64,000 nucleotides of DNA from Eledone cirrhosa (lineage: Eukaryota): positions 64,418,001 to 64,482,000 of the forward strand of contig OZ024746.1 in assembly GCA_964016885.1 (NCBI GenBank). Direction: 5' to 3'. This document shows, piece after piece, positions 53,988 to 64,000 of this stretch. Each line of letters opens with the position of its first letter. Position 1 is the first letter of the stretch. Under the pieces are notes generated by a model, which saw nothing but the letters and a program-made list of their open reading frames with translations, was not told the DNA's origin and ran no database searches. The position numbers and the translations under genes were made by a program.

Positions 53988-54168
53988 CGGTGAATTGGCA
54001 GTATCGGTAGAGGGTCGGACATGCTTTCCAGCATAGTTACGTCTCTTTACGATCTGAGTTCAAATCCCGCCGAAGTTAACTTTGCTTTTCATCCTTATTG
54101 AGTCGATAAAATAAAGTACCACCAGTAATATACTGGGTTATTGCAGGCCTTATGCCAAAAGTAGAAAC

Positions 54169-54172
<4 letters not shown>
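53985..54172 (+). mobile_element. Meta-like tRNA SINE inserted in (TA)n
   Basis: Full head GGGCGGTGAATTGGCAGTATCGG through the AGTAGAAACAATT tail. Confidence 0.9.
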
Positions 54173-54229
<57 letters not shown>

Positions 54230-54231
54230 TA

Positions 54232-54275
<44 letters not shown>

Positions 54276-54281
54276 TCACAT

Positions 54282-54332
<51 letters not shown>

Positions 54333-57103
54333 GCAAATGATAATGAATATTAAGACTTTTCCGAATATCTTCACTATCACACTAACAATTACTGGAACTT
54401 TGCAATGATTTTTTTTTTTTGTGTGATATTTTTACCTATTTCATTGTATTACTTTTCTCATAAGTATTGCAATTCTCTATTTAGCAATTTCTTTGTAATT
54501 CTATCACTGTGTTTCTTTTTTGCTTATTATTATTATTATTATTATTATTGTTCCTCTCATCAGGTCGGTGTGCACAGCTTGAGTCAAAATTTCCAATGAA
54601 TTGCCATTTTCTTTCAAGGATTTATTATAGTGGTAATTTTATTACAGCCATGGGTGTTTTATTGTAGAAGTTCCTGCTAGCTGACAAGCACTTGATTTGA
54701 AGGTAACTTGATTTGTTTTCAAAAGAGTCCTTCTAAACCTAACACAAGTGTTTGTTCTCCACACACTTTTTGACAAGGTTGTTGTTTAGCCCATGGCCAG
54801 TCCTGATTGTGTAGACATATAATCAAAAACACATTATCTACACTTGTTCTGTGACTTAGTATATCAGGTACTAAATTGTTCAATTTATCCTTCTTTTTAA
54901 AGACTGTTGTGTGTGATGTGAAGGGAATTTGGCTGCTATTTCTTGCAGGTAATAAAGGCATCCCTGTTGGCATGTTTTTACAAGGTTTCTATTTGAGGTA
55001 AATAATTATATAATTGTTATATCACTATGTATTTCAAAGACAATCCGACCAAGACTATCCTGTATTTTGTTCAGCTATACTGTATCTAGGGCCTCATTGT
55101 CTAATGTGTCTTTCCTTTTTTTAAAGACAGAAACAAATTATTTGAGGTGTATTTTGGCTGCTATTACTTGCAGGTTATGTGATTATATATAGGACCTCCT
55201 ATTAGTTTGTTGCTGCTACTTTTTTTTTTTTTTTTTGGTTTGATTTCTGATTTAATTTTCTAGTATATAAACAATATTCTTACTCTTTCTTAATCTTAAG
55301 TCTTGTATTCCACCCAGTTAAGAAATTTCTAAATACTTTTTATTCAAATGTTTTTTAGTCTCTATAAGTTTATTTAGCCATATATTGCATGTTGATGTAG
55401 ATTTTGATAGCACATTACAGTCTTCAATTTTCATAGATGTAATTATTCTTTTAGTGGTTTCTGACATTGAAATGTGGCCATGTTAGAGCACTATTTACAA
55501 GCTGTTTATTTTGACCCTTATCATCTCATATGTGAGATTCAGCCCCAATGAGATCAGCTTTCATTACTTTTTACTAACATCAGACATTTCTCAGTGTACT
55601 GAGTATGTTTTATCATTGCACCAGCATCAGAGAAGTTTCAAGTCCTCAACATGGCTAAAAAGTATTGTCTACTCTGTTATCTTCTTTCAATTGCCAACCA
55701 CTTTACATAGTGCTCCATGAGTATTTTATCATGACCCTAACACTAGAAAGGTTGCTTTCTCCTCTCTGCAAGACTAAAATATTCTCTTTTTTCTATTAGA
55801 CCTCTGTTCTTTCAAGACAAATATTACCAATAGTATAATTAGGAGGATAAAGGTAAAGAATAAAAAATAAATGAGTGGTATGATTATGTGTGTGATGGGG
55901 GAAACAAAATGATAGAGTAATATGGGATGGAGAGCAATGATGGTAGCTACATACTGTTTGTTGCTAGGATGTTGAGTAAAAAACAGCATGTGCAATTTGA
56001 TGTGGTAGTAGTGGATAGCAACAACAAAGTGTAATGGTGAGAGGGGTAGATGTGAGCAAAGAATCTCAGGGGTAGGAGTAGGAAGGAAAATGATTATTAG
56101 CTGTTATGGTATAGACGTAAGTGATAGATATCAACTGATATGCAAGATGGTAAGTGTTAGTTGTAAAGGCCAACAAAGAATTGCATGGAGGAAAGTGGAG
56201 AGTGAGAGAGAGATCTTATGTTGAGGTAGAGAGGTAATGGTGTGTGTGTATGTGAGAAAGAGAATGATTATGGGAGCAATAAAGATAATGGGTAATGGTG
56301 GCGGGATTAAATACAGAGAAATCAAATGCCCTACCTTGTTATTATATGCATTATTATAGATATATACTAATATATTTTTTATTTTCTTTCTATAATTTAC
56401 TTATTATTTCATTTTATATTACAACATAAATACAAATTATAACTAAACAATTTATGATAATAAAAAATACTTACTAGTACATTTTAGTGTTAGTATTTTA
56501 TAACAGGAACTGTCAAAATTTTTAGAGGCAGTCCAGATTGGTATTGTTTTTTATGTTTTGCAGCACAAAGTGAATATAAAATGATGAAACCATTATCATA
56601 CAAAACTATGGAAGCAACTTAAATGAATATATGTGTGTGTGTGTGTGTGTGAAGGAGACAAGAATCTTTGAAGCTATTGTGATAGTATATGTTTCAGTAA
56701 AGCAGTGGTTAATGGAGTCCTCAGAAACATTAAGTTCATTGATCATATTGTTGTTTGGTAGTTGAGATATATACAGACCAACACTGGCTGTTTGAAGAGA
56801 CTTGATCATAGCTAAATATAACTGCTCTTTGTGCCTAGTTACAAACAAATCATAATTTGCATTTATTTCAGTGTTATATATATATATATATAAAGACACA
56901 TGGCTAAGTCGTTAGAGAATTGGATTCACAGTTGTGAGGTTGCTAGGAGTTGCAACTGGTAGATAGTATCAGCAATGGAAAGACCAGCACAGATATTGTT
57001 TCTCTGGTCTGATTGAACGAATTCTACCCCACTTGGTAAGCTGGTCATGTATATGTGTGTAAATATATCTGTGTGTAGATATATCTGTGTGTACACACAC
57101 ACA

Positions 57104-57142
<39 letters not shown>

Positions 57143-57727
57143 CATCATCATCATCAACATCATTGTTTTTATATCTGCTTGTCCATGCTGGCATGGGTTG
57201 AACATGACTTTTGGAGGCTCTTCCTAACTTAACCACTTCCTATGGCACATACTGATATGGTGTATTTATTCTAAGAACTGGGTTACACATTCTATAATAT
57301 TTTACTTATGGCAGTGGTATATACATATGTACATATATATTGAAATTTATGAGAAAGAATCTTAAAATTTTATTTTTTTTACTATAGAGATAGTTCAAAT
57401 AATAATGCATATAAGCCTCCTGAATGGAAAGAAATATGCCCTGCTGGTGCTAATGTCCATTTTTGTTCCATTATGGGGCTCTTATATGTCCTATTGTTTT
57501 AACTATTTCTTTATAGTGAAAAAAAAATTTGAAGCTTCTAGCATTCTCATAAATTTCTGATTTTGCTTCTAAAACATAAATATATATATATGGTTTAGAA
57601 GCAATGAGTGAAATTGGAAATTTATGAGAAAGTTAGAAGCTTCATCAATTTTTTCTGACTATAGAGAAATCACTGGATATCGATCTAAACCCTTATTGTC
57701 GTTGTTGTTGTTGTTATTATTATTATT

Positions 57728-57932
57728 GGATTGGCAGTATTTGCAGAGTATCAGACAACATGCTTTGTAGCATTTAGTTGCATCCCTTTACATTCTGAGT
57801 TCAAATCCCGCCAAGGTTAGCTTTGCCTTTCATCATACAGGGTTGATAAAATAAAATACCAGTAACAGTCAATTACATTGACTTCCCACTCCTTTCAAAT
57901 TGCTGGCCTTGTGCCAAAAGTGGAAACAATTA
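57728..57932 (+). mobile_element. Meta-like tRNA SINE (long subfamily)
   Basis: Family consensus match including the TTGACTTCCCACT..TTCAAATTGCTGGCC insert. Confidence 0.85.
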
Positions 57933-58106
57933 AATAAATCTATGTAATAATTACTGTTATATTGTTAATCAGCTCTGATCATCAGACTCATGATCAAAGA
58001 TGTTCCAGTCATGACCTTTTTGTCATTATTTCCCAGAAAAATTGCATTTAAAACTACTTTATTTATTGTATTCTTTTTTAAGACAGCCCGTTATAATTTG
58101 AGAGAG

Positions 58107-58432
58107 ATCATCATCATCATCATCAGGTTTAGCGTCCGTGTTCCACGCTTGCATGGGTTTGGACGGGGGTTTTCCCACTTGAGGCAAGAGTGGTTGTCTT
58201 GCTCGCATAGGACTGTCTGGCGGGTTTTCTACAGCTGGATGCCCTTCCTAACACCAACCACATTTACAGTGTGGGGCTGGGAGGTTTTTACCGTGTTGCC
58301 TACACGGCCACATTACAGCGTGGACTGTCTGGCGGGTTTTCTACAGCTGGATGCCCTTCCTAACACCAACCACATTTACAGTGTGGGGCTGGGAGGTTTT
58401 TACCGTGTTGCCTACACGGCCACATTTACAGC
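58107..58432 (-). mobile_element. RTE-tailed SINE with a 112-bp-period internal duplication, nested in an older repeat
   Basis: Near-identical to 18870-19093; duplicated block starts at 58210 and 58322. Confidence 0.88.
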
Positions 58433-58771
58433 GGATGTGGTTGCTATTTCTAGCTGGTCAAATTATCAGCTTGAGTCTCTCTAGTTGGCTCATTGTTATC
58501 TTGTGCTTTTCTTTTTTTAATATTGTGATGCAGCATTAAGTTCTTGATACTCCAAGCCTCATTTCAATTCCTAATTAAAATTATTTTCAATTATGTTTTG
58601 ATTGCACTTGGGAAATAAAGATAATCTTCTGTTTTCCTTCTTCTTTAATCTGAGAAATTGAGTCTATATGAAAAATCGTTGAGTTCTTGTTACTGTTGTT
58701 ATGTTGTTATGTCGTTACTGTTGTTATGTTGTTACTGTTGTTATTTATGTTGTTACTGTTGTTATTTGCAG

Positions 58772-58938
58772 AAACTCTCCTGAAATATTTTAGTCGTTAT
58801 GGTGAAGTTATTGACTGTATTGTGATGAAAAATAAAGACACAGGATGCTCCAGAGGATTTGGTTTTGTTACATATAAAGATCCAAAATGTGTGGATTTAA
58901 TTCTGTCTGGAGAACCACATATCATTGATGGGAGACAG
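58772..58938 (+). CDS. DAZAP1: Coding exon (167 bp) of the DAZAP1/Hrb27C-like protein; RRM1 body with RNP1 RGFGFVTY
   Basis: TTTGCAG acceptor and CAG|GTAAGT donor. (E)TLLKYFSRYGEVIDCIVMKNKDTGCSRGFGFVTYKDPKCVDLILSGEPHIIDGRQ aligns without gaps to DAZAP1 RRM1 as I recall it (ETLRSYFSQYGEVVDCVIMKDKTTNQSRGFGFVKFKDPNCV...PHTLDGR). Confidence 0.95.
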
Positions 58939-59966
58939 GTAAGTGAACATGGTTTCTAATTTCATGAGTAGTTAGTCATTGCATTCAAGGGAAATAGATT
59001 GCAGTTGTATTGACATATAATGTGAATGGATGGCACAATGAATAAATGGTCTACTAAATAAGTATTATATAATAAAAATTATAGTTACATGGAAATTAGG
59101 TAGACCAGGAAAAAATAAATCTGAGTAAACTAGTTAAATTTGATCTCTGAAAATTAAGTTTCATAAATGTTGATGTATCATATGTTGCACATAGGTGTAG
59201 TTATCTGACTCATGTCAGCATAGATAAATAGATATTATTTTACTGTGTATGATCAATCATTAATTTTTCATAACTTAATGTCCAGTTTTGTGTGGCACTG
59301 TTGCTCTCAGTCTCTGGAAAGCACTTATTTTCTTCCTTAGTTTCTTTGAATCCCAACAGCAGATTTGTCATTTCAACCTCCAGAGGTAATGGAATTTTTT
59401 ATAAATGTTTCTATCTCCCTATCTCTTCTCATAACTCAAAGATCTGCCATAGTTTAATTCACAAAATGTTTTTATAGACTTTTAAAAAATCAGGCTACAC
59501 CCAAAACAGCAATGTCATTTTTGTTTATTGATAACACCCAAGATTAAATATATTTTTAAAATATGTAATATTACAATACTCTGAATGTATTTTTTTTTTT
59601 AAATTTCAATTTCTCATTAAAAATATTTCCATCTATGACTTATGTTGTAGCTTTGGTCTGCAAACATCTAGCACAAAAAAGAGCTGAGGTATAACCTATG
59701 ATTCATACACTTCAAATAAACATATTTTTGTGTAGTCTGGAGCCATGTTGGCCAGTGATTCCTAGTATTTGTTTCAAAATAGAAGATAATGCACACTACT
59801 TCTGTTTATGTATGTTTGAAAGTGCTGGTGGTGCTCAAAATGGAGAAAGACAAAGTAGCTTTAGTCAATGCAAGGTAGTTTTAATTCCTTGTAACAGAAG
59901 AATTGTCTTGGAGTGGGTAGCAGTCCAGCACGTTTAGAAAAGCATTATATTCCAAAGAAACTAGTG

Positions 59967-60272
59967 CAGGGGTCTGAAACTGAAAAACTTAAAAGGGCCA
60001 TTACATCGTGGAGGAGAGGAACAGCAGTCCAAAAGTGCGATGATGTGTAGGAGCATGATTTCTATCAGTTATAATGCTAATCTGCAATACAGCTACTTAC
60101 TTTTTTTCGTTGAAATGAATTCACATATGATAGTAAGTAGGATATGTGAATTAGTACAAAATGTAAGGGATAAGTTTTCCATAACTAGTCATGAAAATCT
60201 TTCTTCTGTGGGCTGTAGAAAAGTAATTTGCAGATCACACATGACCCATAGATCACGTGTTTTGGACCCTTG
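59967..60272. mobile_element. hAT (Charlie-like) MITE
   Basis: Imperfect TIR CAGGGGTCTGAAAC / GTTTTGGACCCTTG; 8-bp TSD AACTAGTG / AACTAGAG (7 of 8 match). Confidence 0.65.
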
Positions 60273-62702
60273 AACTAGAGGCAAGAACCAGTTCAATATA
60301 TTTTGCAGAATAAGTGTGTGAGAAAGTGCCTCCATTTAAAAGGTTAAAATTATCCTCTCTTTGCTACATTTCGAAATAATTCTATTTCATAAACTCCAAC
60401 TTAGTTGATTTACAATACAGATTTAGTTTATAGTTCAATTTTTGGAATGTCTGTCAGCATCATCCTTGTTTTTGTGTCTGTTTGTCCAATGATAGATTGG
60501 GTTAGATGAGTTGTTTTGAGGTAGTTTTACTATGGCCAAATACCTTTCCTGATGATAAACTGTACTCTTTTTTTTTCAAGTATGTTATATACTACTCATC
60601 TTCGTCAAACTGTATGCAGTACATAAACCAACATCACTGCTTGTTTTAGGCATATAAACACACACAAACACACACACATGGGCTCTGTACAATATCTCCT
60701 CTACTAAATTCATTCATAAGGAATCGGTTGGCTCAAGGATTTAGTAGAAGAGTGCTACACTGTGGTATGAAAAGCCAAACCATGTGGTTGCAAAGCAAAT
60801 GTCTTAACCACCCAGCTGTGTCTCCACCAATATGTTTGTATATGTAAAAAATTGCTCTATGAATGTAATCATAGATTTTTTTTCCTGATGGAGATGAAAT
60901 GTAATATAAATCACAGAAAATGATGATATTAATGTCCAGTTGAAGTTTTGTTTCATACATTTATTTAGTATTTTTTTAAATGTGAGAATGTTGTTGCAGT
61001 TGCTAACTCTATTTCAGTAATTAACACTTGAAAGGCAATGGCAATTTTTAACTAATCAACATCTCTGACCTCATGAGCTGTTACTTTTACAGATACTATG
61101 TTAGTGCATATAATCAAAATTTCTTTTTGTTTTATTCAAGTTTTTACTTTAGAAAATGGAATTATTTTTTCCTAATCATACCATTATTCTTTCATTGGAA
61201 AATGTATTTCTGTTACATGCAGAGCGGTGATTAAGTAGTCAAGATGCATTAGATCCTTCCAAAAATGCCTATAAAAATATAAATTATAGTTTCTGTGGTT
61301 GAATACTTAAGGTGGTATTAGACTTATGGCCCTAGAATTTGGCTTAGTTATTTATTTATTTTTTTGTATTCTTAAGGAGGCACTTTTTTTCTATTTACCA
61401 CTGTCTGTTTCAATGAAAAGAAATTAAGCACCACATTCAAATGATTGATTCTAGCTTGGAAACTATGTTGAACCAACATTATAGTTGATAATCCTCTTTT
61501 TGATTGATAATTGACTAGTTCCTGTTAGAAATTGTATCCAATTGTAAAATATCTCCTACAATAAGTGAATTTACAATAGCAGCAAAACCATAGCAACAGA
61601 CAAAAATCAAATCTAAAAAAAGAAGAAAAAAAAATTTCATAAAAAAATCAAATTAAAAATCAAACTAAAACAAAGTTATATATTCTTATTTTTAACTCTT
61701 ATCACTCTGTAACAATCTAGTAGAACATATCTAAAAACAGCTTTGTTAATTTAAATGTTTATACTAACCTTTACTAGTGGACAGATTGTTGTGAACATTT
61801 ACAATATTAGAGTAAAGTCTATAATTTTTAATGTGATACTATCGTGGTACTATTGTATACTCTTCAATGATGTCTTACTAATGCAGTTTAATGCAGTGCA
61901 GAATGTAAAGAGTTAAAGTCTTATTCCCGATTATTTTTTTTTCATGTTGATTTTTCTTCTCCCCACCAACAGACTTTCATGTAATGTTAGAATGGTCAGT
62001 GTATTGATCTTTATGAATATAACCAGCTCTGCATTCTACTTTATTTCTTCTTTCCTCACCTCTCTCTCTCTTTCATCCTCTCTCACCCACTCTGTGGTGT
62101 TATATCTGCAAGGGATTGCTAATAATATAATTTCTACAGTATTTATATTTATTTCACATCTTTACACTATTTCAAAGTATGAAAACTGAAGTGGTTGGTG
62201 TGTATTGTGTTGTGTACTGAATTGAAGTAGAGACTGAGGTTTCAGGCAAGTGGCTTTGCCAGAGTAGAATATCAATTTTTTAAAAATATATATTATATAT
62301 ACTTCCTTAATATTAAAACATATATTATATATAGTTTATTGATATTTAAACATATATTAAATATAGTTTATTGATAATTAAACATATATTAAATATAGTT
62401 TATTGATAATTAAACATATATTATATATAGTTTATGTATTTAAACATGTATAAAAGCAGAAACAATTATATATAGTTTATATTTAAACATGCATTATATA
62501 TAGTTTATATATATTTAAACATATATTATATTTAGTTTTTATATATTTAACCTTGTATTATATATAGTTATTTAAACATGTATTATATATAGTATATATA
62601 TATATATATATATTTAAACATATATTATATGCAGTTTATATTTAAACATGCATTATATATAGTTTATATATAATTAAGCATGTATTATATACTTAAACAT
62701 AT

Positions 62703-62892
62703 GGGCAGTGGATTGGCAGTATCGGTAGAGGGTCGGATGCCATGCTTTGCAGCATAGTTACGGCCCTTTATGATCTGAGTTCAAATCCCGCCGAGGTCAA
62801 CTCTGCCTTTCATCCTTACGGGGTTGATGAAATAAAGTACCAGTTATGCACTGGGATAATTGCTGGCCTTGTGCCAAAATTAGAAACAATTA
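62703..62892 (+). mobile_element. Meta-like tRNA SINE, young copy
   Basis: Family consensus match. Confidence 0.9.
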
Positions 62893-63006
62893 AATATTTA
62901 AACATATATTATATATAGTTTTGATATATTTATATTTAAAAATGCATTATATATAGTTTATATATATTTAAACATGTATTCTATATTTAAACATATATTA
63001 TACATA

Positions 63007-63818
63007 TGGCATAAATTCCATAAAATGTACGCAATGCAGATCTTGGGTACACAAGAGATGTAGTGGTATAGCAGGCAAACTAACAGGTAGGGAAAACTAC
63101 GTATGCAGTAGATGTACAGGGAAAGTTGGCAGTAGTAATTACAGTGATACACATTTTTCAAATGCAGGTGGGTTCTATAGAAGTGGTTGATAGCTTCCGG
63201 TACCTAGGTGATCAGATTAGCATGGGAGGTGGGGGGGAGGGGGGGTTCCGAGGCCATAGTATCTAGAATAAGGACGGGTTGGAAGAAGTTTAGGGAGCTG
63301 CTTCCTCCGTTGACAAAGAAGGGTTTCTCCCTGCGTACGAAAGGATGGTTATATGATGCCTGTGTGAGATGCACGATGCTGCATGGTAGTGAGACATGGG
63401 CAGCGACTGCAGAGGATATGCGACAGCTGGAGAGAAATGAAGCAAGCATGCTCCGTTGGATGTGCAATGTCAATGTGCATGAACGACCAATCATAGCAGA
63501 GTTGAGAAAGAAACTGGGTATAAGAGGGATAAGTTGTGGTGTGCAGGAGAGTAGACTGAGATGGTATGGACATGTGATGCACATGGAGTATGATGGCTGG
63601 GTAAAGAAGTGCCAAGAAATCCAAGTAGAAGGTAGACCACGCAGTAGAGGTAGACCACGAAAAACATGGGCGGAAGTGGTGAGAGCAGACCTCAGATCGC
63701 TGAAACTCACCGAGGAGATGACGAAGGACCGTGACAAGTGGAGAGATGCTGTGCTGAATAGGACCCGTCCAGCCCTTGCAAGCAGGGAAAAGCGGACGTA
63801 AAATGATGATGATGATGG
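63007..63818 (+). mobile_element. 5'-truncated young RTE LINE with frameshifts
   Basis: GINSIKCTQCRSWVHKRCSG..CSRCTG, then ORF 63208-63801 (RLRWYGHV, GRPRKTW) and a (GAT)n tail; same family as 27856-28556. Confidence 0.95.
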
Positions 63819-64000
63819 TGAAATATTGATATCGAAACATATATTATATATAGTTTATTTATAATTAAACATATTTATATTTTATTGGTATCTAAACGTA
63901 TACTCTATATAGTTTAGTAATAATTAAACAAATATTTTATATAGTGTATTAATATTTAAACATATGATGGTTATTGAGTAAAAGCTTGTGTAGAAACGGG

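Larger units (their letters stand above)
62282..63962. repeat. AT-rich minisatellite (AAACATATATTATATATAGTTTAT..) interrupted by a SINE and an RTE LINE
   Basis: Units at 62282-62702, 62892-63006 and 63833-63962. Confidence 0.88.

Noticed and set aside
58687-58771. Hydrophobic 'signal peptide' N-terminus of the 90-aa ORF
   Set aside because: Intronic tandem repeat upstream of the true acceptor; the RRM continues from exon 4822-4862.

Overview
AT-rich, microsatellite-dense animal genomic DNA. The SINE/LINE repertoire looks like octopus or another coleoid cephalopod, which is an inference. The only host gene I can support is a DAZAP1/Hrb27C-like RRM RNA-binding protein on the + strand. Two coding exons (4822-4862, 41 bp; 58772-58938, 167 bp) splice in frame into RRM1 and are separated by one ~53.9 kb intron. 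The rest is intronic and filled with mobile elements: young and old RTE LINEs, Tx1- and CRE-like fragments, several tRNA-derived SINE families, two Helitron derivatives, piggyBac/hAT/mariner MITEs, and mini- and microsatellites. The most unexpected signal is a set of minimal type-I hammerhead ribozyme motifs in four unrelated Penelope-pLTR/retrozyme-like units (~18.5, 30.2-30.5, 30.7-31.1 and 37.8-38.1 kb). One has a fully canonical core. The best-preserved cores are antisense to the host pre-mRNA, and both clear sense copies have core lesions. Other notable points are a PHD finger inside the RTE polyprotein, intronic tandem arrays of UAG motifs of the kind this protein family binds, and a filled/empty-site pair for a 54-bp RTE insertion. 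Most ORFs in the supplied track are microsatellite or antisense-TE artefacts. All calls were made by eye without database searches.
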